Origin: Bauldia sp. | GTDB lineage: Bacteria; Pseudomonadota; Alphaproteobacteria; Rhizobiales; Kaistiaceae | NCBI GenBank assembly: GCA_040878485.1 | Contig: JBBDMC010000215.1 | Coordinates: forward strand, 1 to 60,096 | Direction: 5' to 3' | DNA length: 60,096 nt | Shown here: positions 45,473-54,971 of the stretch, one piece after another | How positions within the stretch are numbered: the first letter of the stretch is position 1 | How the letters are laid out: every line of letters starts with the position of its first letter | Made by a program: the position numbers and the translations under genes | Notes under the pieces: model-generated | Seen by the model: the letters and a program-made list of their open reading frames with translations, nothing else | Databases searched by the model: none | What the model was told of the DNA's origin: nothing

Positions 45473-45555
45473 CGTCGACGCCGGCGGCCGGGGCAATCAG
45501 GCCGCCCTGCTCCGACCGGACCGGGCGATCGACCGATTGTGCGCAGCCCTGTCGT

Positions 45556-46278
45556 TCAGGTTTCCCACTGCAGAACATAGAGACCGGCATTGTAGTCGGT
45601 CAGGTAGATGAGCCCATCAGGTTCGACCCACACGTCGACCGAGTGCAGCACCTTCTTGATATTGGTGCGAGGATCGAACCACCCTGCCGGCGGCGGGGGC
45701 ACGAAATACGCTACTTCCTCCGGCCGGTTTGGGTTGCGAATGTCGAAAATGCGCAGGCCGCCGCTCTGATAGGTGGCGAAGACGTATTCGGGCGTGACGA
45801 ACCCCGCCGAACGGTTTTCCCAGAGGTTGTGCGGGCCGAACTGGCCGCCTTTCTTTTTGTAGTCCTGATCCGACGGGACGGGCACGGTAGCGATTGAAAT
45901 CGGATTGGTCTTGACGCGAACGTCGAAGACCCAAACGTGCTTTGTCGGCTCTTCGGAGATGTCGGCGCTCGCCTCATCATCGACGATGAGGAGGTTGCGA
46001 TCGGGAAGCGGCAGGGCCCTATGGGTGTTGCCGCCGTACGGCGGACACCAGTTGCGGTGCGCCAGGAGCCGCGGTCGCGACTTGTCGCTGACGTCGAGGA
46101 CCGTCAGGCCGCCGTTCCGCCACGCCCCGTAGGCGACGTCATCGGCGACGATGGCGTGATGAAGCGCGACGCGGCCGTTGAAATCGTTGGTCTCGCCGCC
46201 GGCCTTCCACATGCCGGGCAGCCACCAGCGGCTCACCACGCAATGTTGCAGCGGCCTACTCTTCGAGGATTGGTTCAA
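45556..46278 (-). CDS. LVIVD-repeat beta-propeller protein, apparently N-terminally truncated (possible pseudogene)
   Basis: LLIVDDEA and repeated blade-like segments. The sequence begins at ...SRWWLPGMW, which I recall being mid-protein in longer homologues. No ORF of at least 60 aa is listed on the minus strand upstream of it. Confidence 0.55.
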   Translation of the reverse strand: MNQSSKSRPLQHCVVSRWWLPGMWKAGGETNDFNGRVALHHAIVADDVAYGAWRNGGLTVLDVSDKSRPRLLAHRNWCPPYGGNTHRALPLPDRNLLIVDDEASADISEEPTKHVWVFDVRVKTNPISIATVPVPSDQDYKKKGGQFGPHNLWENRSAGFVTPEYVFATYQSGGLRIFDIRNPNRPEEVAYFVPPPPAGWFDPRTNIKKVLHSVDVWVEPDGLIYLTDYNAGLYVLQWET

Positions 46279-46356
46279 GACCGCGTTGCAGTGGCCCGGC
46301 TGAGGAGGAGACCGAGACGATCATCGCACGGAAGCCAGCGACGCCCCAGTGGCTGT

Positions 46357-46396
46357 CGCCCTTGCGCCCTTGCGCCCTTGCGCCCTTGCGCCCTTA
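46357..46396. repeat. 8-bp tandem repeat, (CGCCCTTG) x4 plus CGCCCTTA
   Basis: Read directly from the sequence. It lies in the 144-nt spacer between the GH127 stop (46423) and the LVIVD gene start (46278). Confidence 0.95.
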
Positions 46397-46422
46397 CCCG
46401 GCGGCACGTGCGTTGAGTCAAC

Positions 46423-48327
46423 TCAGATGCTGGCTTCCGGAATCCACACCAGCATCTTGCCAGGGCCGCGGTTGCTCCACAGAAAGTAAGGAATGGCCGT
46501 CCAAGTGGCTGCCGCGACGGCCGGCGGGGTCGATCGATAGAGGCTGGCGTCGCCGTTGTCCGACATTGCCTTTCCGTCGGCGACGAGCGTCACCGTGCCG
46601 TCGAACAGGTCATCCCGGAACACCGATTGCACGCCGGCGGAGCGGGCCAGCATGACCCGATCGACCGGGACGGTGTTGTCAGCCTGCTCCACCGCGTAGA
46701 CGAAAGGCCCGCGCTTCAGGCAGGTCCGCCCGATGTCCATGCGGACATTCGGATGAGCATAGATCCGCTCTGCCGGCATGGGCAGGTCGAGTTCGACGAC
46801 ATCGCCATCCGCCCAGCGACGCCGGATGCCGGCATATCCGGACGAGGTGATGGAGGCGACATCGATCTCTTCACCGTTGACGCGAAGCGATGGCTGCCGG
46901 ACCCAACCGGGAATACGGAGCTTCAGGGTGAACTCCGTCGGCGTGTCGGGATTCACCAACACGCGGATGGCGCCGGACCATGGATAGTCGCTCTCTTCGG
47001 TGATGTTCACCTTGCGCCCGCCGAATGAAACGGAAGCGGTGGCGCCGCCGTAGAGATGGACCGCCAGCGCGTCATCGGCGGTGGAGAAAAAGTAGCCCCC
47101 CACCGATGCAACAAGCCGCGAGACGTTCATCGTGCAACAGGGACAGGTGTGCCACTCCCAGCGCCGGCGCGAGCCGTCGCTCTCGAGCGGATTCTCGTAG
47201 AAATAATGCACGCCGTCGCGCGACAGGCCGGAGAGGGCGCCGTTGTAGAGGGCGAGCTCCAGCACGTCCGCGTATTTGCCGTCGAGGTCGATGTTCAGCA
47301 TGCGCTGGGCCCAGAAGATGAGGGCCACCGAGGCGCAGGTCTCGGCGTAGGCGGTGTCGTTGGGCAGGTCGTAGTCGGTTGTGAAGCCCTCGTTCGCCGC
47401 GGCTGGCCCGAGGCCGGCGGTCACGTACATGCGCTTTGAGGTTACGTCCTCCCAGAGGACCTCGCAGGCGCGCTTCAGGCTTTCATCGCCAAGGTCAGCG
47501 GCGAGGTCCGCCATCGCGCCGTACATGTACATGGCGCGCACGGCGTGGCCGACGACCTTATCCTGTTCGCGAACCGGCTTGTGCGACTGGTTGTAGTCGT
47601 AAGTCTTCGCCCAGAAGCTCTTGGGGTCCTCACCGCGGGCACGGGCCTCCTCATCGAAATAGTGCGGCTGGCGGCCGCGCTCGTTGATGAAATAGGCGGC
47701 GAGGTCGAGATGCCGGCGGTCGCCGGTGACGTGGTAGAGCTTGATCAGCGCGAGCTCGATCTCCTGGTGGCCACAGTAGCCCCGCTTCTGCCCGGGCAGG
47801 GGACCGAACACCGACGCGATGTGGTCGACATAGCGCAGCAAGACATCGAGCAGACGGCGGCGGCCGGTGGCGAGGAAATAAGCGATCGCGCCTTCCAGCA
47901 AGTGGCCGGCGCAATAGAGCTCGTGGTTGTCGCGGAGGTTGGTCCAGCGCTTGTCGATCTCGCGACCGATGTACCAGCAATTCAGGTAGCCGTCGGGAAG
48001 CTGCGCCCGCGCCAGCAGCTCGGTCACCTGATCGATTTGCGCCTCGATCGTCGCATCCCTTCGGTGCGAGAGCGCGTAACTGGCCGCCTCGATCCACTTG
48101 CCGATGTCGGAGTCCCAGAAGATCTGGGTGGTGAAGTTGTGCCGGGCGCGAGGAATGCGGAGCGGCGGGGGCGGCTGCGGAATGCTCAGCGACTCGAGGA
48201 TGCCGTGGCTCTCGAGCTGGCGATACTGGCTCGGAATGGTCCGCGTAAGCACCGTATCCAGACGCTCGCGCCAGAACGGACCTTGGACCGAGACATCGCT
48301 GAACCTGACCGGGAAGTATTTGCGCAT
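46423..48327 (-). CDS. GH127 beta-L-arabinofuranosidase (DUF1680 / HypBA1-like)
   Basis: DNHELYCAGHLLEGA, GHQEIELAL, ETCASV and WHTCPCCTMNVSR (Cys-rich metal/catalytic motif). ATG at 48327. Confidence 0.9.
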   Translation of the reverse strand: MRKYFPVRFSDVSVQGPFWRERLDTVLTRTIPSQYRQLESHGILESLSIPQPPPPLRIPRARHNFTTQIFWDSDIGKWIEAASYALSHRRDATIEAQIDQVTELLARAQLPDGYLNCWYIGREIDKRWTNLRDNHELYCAGHLLEGAIAYFLATGRRRLLDVLLRYVDHIASVFGPLPGQKRGYCGHQEIELALIKLYHVTGDRRHLDLAAYFINERGRQPHYFDEEARARGEDPKSFWAKTYDYNQSHKPVREQDKVVGHAVRAMYMYGAMADLAADLGDESLKRACEVLWEDVTSKRMYVTAGLGPAAANEGFTTDYDLPNDTAYAETCASVALIFWAQRMLNIDLDGKYADVLELALYNGALSGLSRDGVHYFYENPLESDGSRRRWEWHTCPCCTMNVSRLVASVGGYFFSTADDALAVHLYGGATASVSFGGRKVNITEESDYPWSGAIRVLVNPDTPTEFTLKLRIPGWVRQPSLRVNGEEIDVASITSSGYAGIRRRWADGDVVELDLPMPAERIYAHPNVRMDIGRTCLKRGPFVYAVEQADNTVPVDRVMLARSAGVQSVFRDDLFDGTVTLVADGKAMSDNGDASLYRSTPPAVAAATWTAIPYFLWSNRGPGKMLVWIPEASI

Positions 48328-48335
48328 ACCACCGC

Positions 48336-49427
48336 CTACCTGCTGCCTGCCGCCACCAGCCGGCCGCTGCTCCTGGCTCCGCACGACTCGCGGACGACCA
48401 GGGTGCAGGGCAATCGCTCGACGCCGCGGAGGCGCCGGCCGGCGATGCGTTCGAGCAGGCACGCGCCCGCCCGCCGCCCGAGATCCTTGAGGTTCATGTC
48501 AATGCTGGTCAGCGTCGGACGCGATGCATCGGCGATGACCTCCCAATTGTCGAACCCGACGATCGAGACGCCGTCGGGAACGACCAAGCCGCGCTCGCGG
48601 AGCGCGTCGCAGGCGCCGCGCGCGATCTGATCGTTGCCGCAGAAGATGGCGTCCGGCGGTGCGACCCGCCCGCGAAAGAGCTGCGCGACGGCTTCCCTTC
48701 CCCAGCCCTCGGACCACACGCCCGGCAGGTAGTGGCCGTCCGCTTCCGCCAACCCGGCCGCCGCGAGACTCTTGTGGTATCCGTCGCGGCGGAGGCGCAC
48801 CGCCTCGAATCGTTCCGGTCCGGTGATATGGGCAATGCGCCGACGCCCCTGCCTGACGAGATGCTCGGTCGCCAGTGCAGCACCTCCTTCATCGTCGGGC
48901 AGCAGGCAAAAGGCGTCCGGGTCATCGGCCTGCGAGAAGACGTAGATGACCGGGATGTGGCGGCCCGGCACCTTCAACGCGGCGCGGCGGTCTGCCCGGC
49001 GGGCGGTAACGACGATGCCGTCAACGCGCTTGCCGACGAGGGATTCGACGTGCTGCGCCTCGCGCTTCGGGTCGTCCGTGGCGTTGCACATGAAGACCGC
49101 CATGCGGCTGTCGGTCAGGCACGCTTCCAGCCCTTCCATTATGGGCATGGTGAAACGGCCGAAGCTGTCGGTGGAGATGAGGCCGACGGTCAGGCTCTTG
49201 CCCCGATGCAGGCTCTGGGCGAGGTCGTTCGGGCGGAAGCCGACGTCGCGCGCCACTGCCCGCACCCGGTCCCGCGTCTCCTGGCGCAGGCTGCCATTGT
49301 TGTTCAGCGCCTTCGACACCGTGCCGATACTGACATTGGAAAGGCGCGCGACATCGCGGATCGTCGGGCGGTCCGCGGACTCACCTAGGCCTTCCCTGTT
49401 TGTGCGTCTGCGGCTCGCCTCGTCCAT
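48336..49427 (-). CDS. LacI-family transcriptional regulator
   Basis: TIRDVARLSNVSIGTVSKALNN HTH plus a periplasmic-binding-like core. ATG at 49427; the track ORF to 50225 is a read-through. Confidence 0.9.
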   Translation of the reverse strand: MDEASRRRTNREGLGESADRPTIRDVARLSNVSIGTVSKALNNNGSLRQETRDRVRAVARDVGFRPNDLAQSLHRGKSLTVGLISTDSFGRFTMPIMEGLEACLTDSRMAVFMCNATDDPKREAQHVESLVGKRVDGIVVTARRADRRAALKVPGRHIPVIYVFSQADDPDAFCLLPDDEGGAALATEHLVRQGRRRIAHITGPERFEAVRLRRDGYHKSLAAAGLAEADGHYLPGVWSEGWGREAVAQLFRGRVAPPDAIFCGNDQIARGACDALRERGLVVPDGVSIVGFDNWEVIADASRPTLTSIDMNLKDLGRRAGACLLERIAGRRLRGVERLPCTLVVRESCGARSSGRLVAAGSR

Positions 49428-49438
49428 CCAGCGCCCTC

Positions 49439-50341
49439 CTATTTGACCGCGCCGCTGAGGAAGCCTGAAACGTAGTATTTCTGCAGCAGCAGGTAGAAGA
49501 GGATGCAAGGGATCACCGCGATGGTGACGCCGGCCTGGAGAAGCCCCCAGTCGGTTCCGCCGATGCTGGTTTCCTGGCGGGCCGCCGCCAAAACCAGCGG
49601 GAGCGTGAACGTCGCGCCTCGGTTCATTATGACCAGCGCGGCCAAGAACTCGTTCCAGGAGGTGACGAACGCGAAGAGCGAAACCGTAACGATCGCCGGC
49701 CTGATCGCCGGCATGTAGATCCGCGTCAGGACCTGCCAGCTCGAGCACCCGTCGATCACCGCTGCTTCTTCGAGTTCCTTCGGAACCGCCTCGAAGCTGT
49801 TGCGCATGAGGTAGACGCTGAACGGGATCTGGATCGCCGTGTGGACGATGGCGAGCCCAATCAGTGAATTGGTGAGCTTCAGCGTTGCGAACATGAAGAA
49901 GATCGGGGTGATCAGCGCCTGGTAGGGGATGATAAGCGCGAGCAGCAGGAAGATGAAGAAGTACTCCTTCGCGGGGACCGGGAAGCGCCCTAGTGCATAG
50001 CCCGCGGGGATCGTCAGGGCGAGGGAGAAGAAAATCGCCAGGACCGCCGTGGCGGCGCTGTTGAAGAGGTATGTCGGCAGGCCGTCCTGATAGGTCCAGA
50101 TCTGCGAGTAGCTGTCGAGGCTTAGCTGATGGGCGAAATAGGTCGGCGGCAAGGCGGCCTGCTCGAGCGTGGTCTTGAACGATGCCAGCACCGTCAGCAC
50201 GAGCGGCGCCAGCATGATTACGCAAAGAGCAATGCAGAGCGCGCCAACCAGATATTTCGCCCGACCGTCCCAGGCGCGCCCGAGCACGCCCCTGGCTGCG
50301 CGCGCCGCCGGTTGGGCCTGCAGGGTGTACTCGGCGCTCAC
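49439..50341 (-). CDS. CUT1 sugar ABC transporter permease
   Basis: MalG-like (EEAAVIDGCSSWQVLTRI). In-frame GTG at 50341 with AGAGGA 7 nt upstream. Confidence 0.85.
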   Translation of the reverse strand: MSAEYTLQAQPAARAARGVLGRAWDGRAKYLVGALCIALCVIMLAPLVLTVLASFKTTLEQAALPPTYFAHQLSLDSYSQIWTYQDGLPTYLFNSAATAVLAIFFSLALTIPAGYALGRFPVPAKEYFFIFLLLALIIPYQALITPIFFMFATLKLTNSLIGLAIVHTAIQIPFSVYLMRNSFEAVPKELEEAAVIDGCSSWQVLTRIYMPAIRPAIVTVSLFAFVTSWNEFLAALVIMNRGATFTLPLVLAAARQETSIGGTDWGLLQAGVTIAVIPCILFYLLLQKYYVSGFLSGAVK

Positions 50342-50373
50342 GGATATCCTCTTGTCGGCGGTGCCATCGGCGT

Positions 50374-51252
50374 TCAGGCGTGCGTCCGGCGGGTAAGCCA
50401 CATCTGCAGCATGGTGCAGGCGAGGATGATCACCGCCAGGATGAGGGAGAGCGTCGCCCCGTAGCCGAGTTTCAGGTACGGGAAGGAATTGAGATACAGC
50501 CAGAAGACCGACGACGCCGTCCTGTTGAATGGCTGCCCGGCGGTCATCAGGTAGAACTGGTCGAAGGCGAGCAGTGAACCGATGACGCTGAACAGCGTGA
50601 CGAGCAGTACGGTTCGCGCCGTCAGCGGCAGGGTTATCTTTCTGACCCGCTGCCAGTAGCCGGCGCCGTCGACCTCGGCCGCTTCGTCGACCTCCTGGGG
50701 AATCGCCTGGATCGCCGCCACGAACAGGAGCATGCCGAAGCCGACGACCTTCCACACGATCGAGATGATCACCGCCCACAGCGCGCGGTCAGCGTCCTCG
50801 CCGAACCAGATGATCGGCTTGGCGACGACTCCGAGATCGATGAGCGCTCGGTTGATCAGGCCGAAGTTGTAGCTGAACAGCCAGTACCAGAGCAGGCTCG
50901 ATACGCTGAGCCCGATCACCACCGGCACGAACACCACGGCACGGGTGACCTTCCGCAGGGGCGAATTCTGCGAGACCAGGAGCGCGATCAGGTAGCCGCC
51001 GATCATCAGGATCGGCGTCAGGTAGAGCGTGTATTTCAGCGTGAAGCCAAGCGAGACCCAGAATTGGTTGTCGTTGTAGGCCCTGACGTAGTTGGCAACA
51101 CCGACCCACCGCGCCGGCTCGATGATCGACCAGTTGTGGAACGACATCCACATCATCTGAGCCAGCGGATACGCCGTGAACACGAGCACGAACAGCACGG
51201 CTGGCGCCAGATACAGCAGCCCGACCACCTTGCTCGTTCGGGTGGAGTACAT
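50374..51252 (-). CDS. CUT1 sugar ABC transporter permease
   Basis: MalF-like (YLAPAVLFVLVFTAYP; DEAAEVDGAGYWQ). Confidence 0.9.
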   Translation of the reverse strand: MYSTRTSKVVGLLYLAPAVLFVLVFTAYPLAQMMWMSFHNWSIIEPARWVGVANYVRAYNDNQFWVSLGFTLKYTLYLTPILMIGGYLIALLVSQNSPLRKVTRAVVFVPVVIGLSVSSLLWYWLFSYNFGLINRALIDLGVVAKPIIWFGEDADRALWAVIISIVWKVVGFGMLLFVAAIQAIPQEVDEAAEVDGAGYWQRVRKITLPLTARTVLLVTLFSVIGSLLAFDQFYLMTAGQPFNRTASSVFWLYLNSFPYLKLGYGATLSLILAVIILACTMLQMWLTRRTHA

Positions 51253-51331
51253 TGGCGCTCGCAGTGTCCCCCGAGTTCATCGGCCAAGCCGGCCGCCCGA
51301 GCGAGATAGCTCCCCTGCCGGCAATTGAAAA

Positions 51332-51371
51332 GGGCCGCGGCACTTGACCTTGTCGGAAAGCGCCACGGCCC
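51332..51371 (-). other. Imperfect 10-bp hairpin between the SBP and permease genes
   Basis: GGGCCGCGGC ... GCCACGGCCC (9 of 10 positions pair, 20-nt loop). Confidence 0.35.
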
Positions 51372-51403
51372 GCCGTCAAAGCGGCTCGGACAGTCGCCGG
51401 TCC

Positions 51404-52663
51404 CTACTGGTTGGCGATTGCCTTCATCTGGTCCTTCGCGTCGGCGATGATCTGATCGATCGGATCATCCGTGTAGTACACGCGCTGCAGCATCTGCAGC
51501 CACGGACCCTGCGGCGAGTTGATCTGCTCGAAGAAGGTCAGTGTGTACGGGGTCTGGCCGACCGACAACGCCTTCGCCACGTCCTGAACGAGCGGCTCGG
51601 CCTCGAAGTACTGGTTGTCAGTCATGTCAGAGCGCGTTGTCAGGTTCAGGAGCTTGGCGTAGCCCTCGACCTGGACCTCGTCCGACAGCAGGAACTTCAT
51701 GAAGTCCACCGCGTCGTCGACGCGCTTCGAACCCTTGGGTATCACCACCAGATCCCCGCCGATGAACGAGGCCGTCGTACCCGGCGCGACTCCCGGCAAG
51801 AGCGAAATGCCGAACTTCATACCGGGATTTTGGTCGCGGGCGAGCGTGATGTTGAAGTTGCCGGTGCCCATCATGCCGACCTTGCCCGACCCGAACTGGA
51901 GGTGGAAAGTCTCGCCGTTCTCGGCCCGGTCGCTCTCGTGCACGTTGCCGGACTTGACCATCCCGCGAAGCCATTCGAGGACCGGTTTGACGTCACCGGT
52001 CAGCGGCTCGTCGCCGGGGCCCGCCGATTCGATCTTCACACCCGAGGCCCACAGCAGTGGACCGACGGTAAAGATGTTGCAGCCGGCGCACGAGCCGGGG
52101 AGGTAGTAGCCCTTGATGTCGCCGCCGAGCGCGGTGATCTTGTCGGCGTATTCCTTGAGCTGACCGAGGCTCGTCGGCGGCATGTTCGGGTCGAGCCCGG
52201 CCTTCGCGAACAGATCCTTGTTGTAGAAGAGCGCCGAGACGTCGGCGTAAAGCGGCACGCCGTAGAGCTTGCCTTCCCACGTCGCCACCTGAACGTGGCC
52301 GGGGCTGGCGGTCTTCATTTCCGGCAATCCGGCGATTTGCGCCGTCACGTCGACGAGCTGCCCCGCCTTCTCGAACTGCGGACCGTAGATCAGGTCCATG
52401 CCCATCAGGTCGGGCACGTCGCCTGAAGCGATGGCTTGCGCGAGCTTGGCAACCATCTCGGCGTGCGGGATATAGGTCAGGGTGATCGCACGATCCGGAT
52501 TGGCTTGGTTCCACATCTCGACGAGCCGGTCGACCATGCCGGCATTGCCGCCCGAACGCTCCCACATGACGAGTCCCGCGGCGTTGGCGGGCAGCGATGC
52601 GGCCGCGAAGGCTGACAGCGAAAGACCCGCAATCAGCCCGGCCAATGTCTTGGCAAGTTTCAT
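51404..52663 (-). CDS. CUT1 sugar ABC transporter substrate-binding protein
   Basis: Signal peptide MKLAKTLAGLIAGLSLSAFAAASLPANA. GGGAGGA ribosome-binding site. Family-1 SBP pattern. Confidence 0.9.
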   Translation of the reverse strand: MKLAKTLAGLIAGLSLSAFAAASLPANAAGLVMWERSGGNAGMVDRLVEMWNQANPDRAITLTYIPHAEMVAKLAQAIASGDVPDLMGMDLIYGPQFEKAGQLVDVTAQIAGLPEMKTASPGHVQVATWEGKLYGVPLYADVSALFYNKDLFAKAGLDPNMPPTSLGQLKEYADKITALGGDIKGYYLPGSCAGCNIFTVGPLLWASGVKIESAGPGDEPLTGDVKPVLEWLRGMVKSGNVHESDRAENGETFHLQFGSGKVGMMGTGNFNITLARDQNPGMKFGISLLPGVAPGTTASFIGGDLVVIPKGSKRVDDAVDFMKFLLSDEVQVEGYAKLLNLTTRSDMTDNQYFEAEPLVQDVAKALSVGQTPYTLTFFEQINSPQGPWLQMLQRVYYTDDPIDQIIADAKDQMKAIANQ

Positions 52664-52798
52664 CGAATTCCTCCCGTTGTTGGAATCTACCACGACCATT
52701 CTTGGTTTCTTCTTGGCTTCATCGACACACGCCGATGGGAGCAATCATCATTGGCTCGCGGGCTTCAGAGACCGCAGCGTCCCGCCATTTTGCGGTAT

Positions 52799-52814
52799 CG
52801 GAAAAGCTTTTCCG
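52799..52814. promoter_or_regulatory. Perfect 16-bp palindrome, candidate LacI-type operator
   Basis: CGGAAAAGCTTTTCCG, about 136-151 nt upstream of the SBP start (52663). Confidence 0.4.
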
Positions 52815-52993
52815 CCACAGACTAAAACACAGAGAATCTAGCTGCGCAAGTGGATGGATCGACTCACGTAGCAGCGCAAAAATGGGCGAGTTGCTGCCGG
52901 GGCCCCTCCACCACGGCGGTTTGAGAGAAAACCTTTTCCTTGGCGCGATACCGGGAATGTGGGGCCGCAGGTCTTGTCCGGCGCGCCTGCTTG

Positions 52994-53287
52994 CTACACC
53001 CAGCGGAAGACGCCGACAGCGTAGACGATCGCGATCGCAAGCGGCGCCCACAACGGCGGCCCCATCGTTCCCAGCCAAGCGAGAAAGATGAAGGCGCTTC
53101 CCAAGAGCGAGATGAACAGGCGATCGCCACGGGTGGTGTCAAGCCGAAGGATACCATGCCGGGGCGAGCCGCCCGGCGCGTAGTATTCCCACACGGTCAT
53201 CCCGGCCAGGCACAGGAAGATGAAGGCGAAGAAGGCGGCGGTCGGCCAGGTCCAGGCCATCCAGGCGACCAGCGATGTGCCTTCCAT
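52994..53287 (-). CDS. DUF2160-family small integral membrane protein
   Basis: 97 aa with three hydrophobic segments. It sits at the distal end of a glycerol-type ABC operon, as I recall for rhizobial glp loci. Confidence 0.7.
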   Translation of the reverse strand: MEGTSLVAWMAWTWPTAAFFAFIFLCLAGMTVWEYYAPGGSPRHGILRLDTTRGDRLFISLLGSAFIFLAWLGTMGPPLWAPLAIAIVYAVGVFRWV

Positions 53288-53298
53288 GACGGGCCCCC

Positions 53299-54096
53299 CT
53301 ACACGCGCCCGAGCGCGAAGCCCTTGGCGATATAGTTGCGGACGAAATAGATGACGACGGCGCCCGGGATCAGCGTCAACGAGCCCGCGGCCGCAAGAAG
53401 GCCGAGCTGATAGCCGGACGTGCTCGCCGTCTTCGTCATCAACGCCGCGATCGGCTTGGCCGCGACCGAAGTCAGAGTCTTGGCCAGCAACAACTCAACC
53501 CATGAAAACATGAAGCAGAAGAAGCAAGCGACGCCGATGCCAGCGGCGATGGTCGGCAGGAAGATGCGGAGGAAGAAGCGCCAGAACGAATAGCCGTCGA
53601 CATAAGCCGTCTCGTCGAGTTCCTTCGGCACGCCCGACATGAAGCCCTCGAGAATCCAGACTGCCAACGGGATGTTGAACAATGTGTGGGCGAGCGCCAC
53701 TGCCCAAGGCGTGTCGAACAGGCCGACAGCGGAATAGAGCTGGTAGAAGGGCAGCGCAAACACGGCCGGTGGCGCCATCCGGTTGGTCAAGAGCCAGAAG
53801 AAGAGATGCTTGTCGCCGAGGAACCGGTAGCGCGAGAAGGCGTAAGCCGCGGGCAAAGCGACCGCGACAGACAGCACCGTGTTGATGACGACGTATTCGA
53901 TCGAAGCAATGTAGCCGTTGTACCAAGTCGGGTCGGTGAAGATGATGGCGTAGTTCTCAAGCGTGAAGCGCCGCGGCCACAGGGTAAAGCTGCCAAGGAT
54001 CTCATTGGTCGTCTTGAACGACATGTTCAGAAGCCAATAGATCGGCAGGAGCAGGAAGACGATGTAGACGATCGGAATCACGGAGCGTGCGCGCAT
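53299..54096 (-). CDS. Sugar/glycerol ABC transporter permease
   Basis: MalG-like (DETAYVDGYSFWRFF). The ATG at 54096 is in frame. The track ORF to 55512 is a read-through. Confidence 0.9.
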   Translation of the reverse strand: MRARSVIPIVYIVFLLLPIYWLLNMSFKTTNEILGSFTLWPRRFTLENYAIIFTDPTWYNGYIASIEYVVINTVLSVAVALPAAYAFSRYRFLGDKHLFFWLLTNRMAPPAVFALPFYQLYSAVGLFDTPWAVALAHTLFNIPLAVWILEGFMSGVPKELDETAYVDGYSFWRFFLRIFLPTIAAGIGVACFFCFMFSWVELLLAKTLTSVAAKPIAALMTKTASTSGYQLGLLAAAGSLTLIPGAVVIYFVRNYIAKGFALGRV

Positions 54097-54098
54097 CG

Positions 54099-54962
54099 TC
54101 ACCTCGCCTCGTTGCGCATCATCAGCGTGTAGAAGAGCCAACTGCACAGCAGGACGATCAGGAAATAGATGAGCGACATCGCCGCGGCTGGGCCGAGATC
54201 GAACTGGCCGAGCGCCGTCTTGACGAGATCGATCGACAAGAAGGTGGTCGCGCTGCCGGGTCCGCCGCCGGTGACGACCAGGACCTCGGTGTAGATCATG
54301 AACGAATCCATGAAACGGAGCAGGATGGCGATGGTCAGCACGTATTTGAGCTTGGGCAACTGAATATAACGGAACACCGCCCACGACCTCGCCCCGTCGA
54401 TCTTGGCGGCCTGAAAGTAGGCGTCGGGGATCGAGACGAGACCGGCGTAGCAGAGCAGCACGACCAGCGATGTCCAGTGCCAGAAATCCATCAGGACAAT
54501 GGTGAACCACGCCGCGAAGGGCTGGCGCGTGTAGTTGTACTCCCAGCCGAGAGCGTTCAGCCCGTGGCCAAGCAGGCCGATATCGGGGAGCGCCATGATG
54601 TTCCACATGGCCCCGACCACGTTCCACGGGATGAGGAGCGGCAGCGCCATCAAGACCAGGCAAACGGAGACCCAAGGCCCTTTGCGCGGCATAGCGAGCG
54701 CGATGATCAGGCCGAGCGGCACCTCCAGGACGAGGACGATGCCGGTGAACAGAAGTTGACGCAGAAGCGCGCCGTGGAACCGTTCGGAGCGCAGCATCTC
54801 CTCGAACCAGCGCACGCCCGCCCAGAAGAAGACGTTCTCGCCGAAGGATTCCTGGACCGAATAGTTGACCACCGTCATCAGGGGCACGATGGCGTTGAAC
54901 GCGACCAGGAGGACGACGGGGAGAACGAAGAACCAGCCTTTGTTGGTGACCGTTCTTTTCAT
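54099..54962 (-). CDS. Sugar/glycerol ABC transporter permease
   Basis: MalF-like membrane component (AAKIDGARSWAVFRYI). Confidence 0.9.
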   Translation of the reverse strand: MKRTVTNKGWFFVLPVVLLVAFNAIVPLMTVVNYSVQESFGENVFFWAGVRWFEEMLRSERFHGALLRQLLFTGIVLVLEVPLGLIIALAMPRKGPWVSVCLVLMALPLLIPWNVVGAMWNIMALPDIGLLGHGLNALGWEYNYTRQPFAAWFTIVLMDFWHWTSLVVLLCYAGLVSIPDAYFQAAKIDGARSWAVFRYIQLPKLKYVLTIAILLRFMDSFMIYTEVLVVTGGGPGSATTFLSIDLVKTALGQFDLGPAAAMSLIYFLIVLLCSWLFYTLMMRNEAR

Positions 54963-54971
54963 CGCCGGGCC

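Noticed and set aside
45483-45506. Hairpin GGCGGCC-N10-GGCCGCC between the convergent ugpC-like and LVIVD genes, considered as a bidirectional terminator
   Set aside because: The stem is only 7 bp with a 10-nt loop, and there is no U/A tract on either side. That is too weak to call in GC-rich DNA.
46357-46396. The tandem 8-mer as a possible CRISPR array or minisatellite-encoded peptide
   Set aside because: The units are contiguous with no spacers and only 40 bp in total, and no cas genes are present. The plus-strand ORFs crossing it (45937..46416 and 46362..46655) have no coding character.
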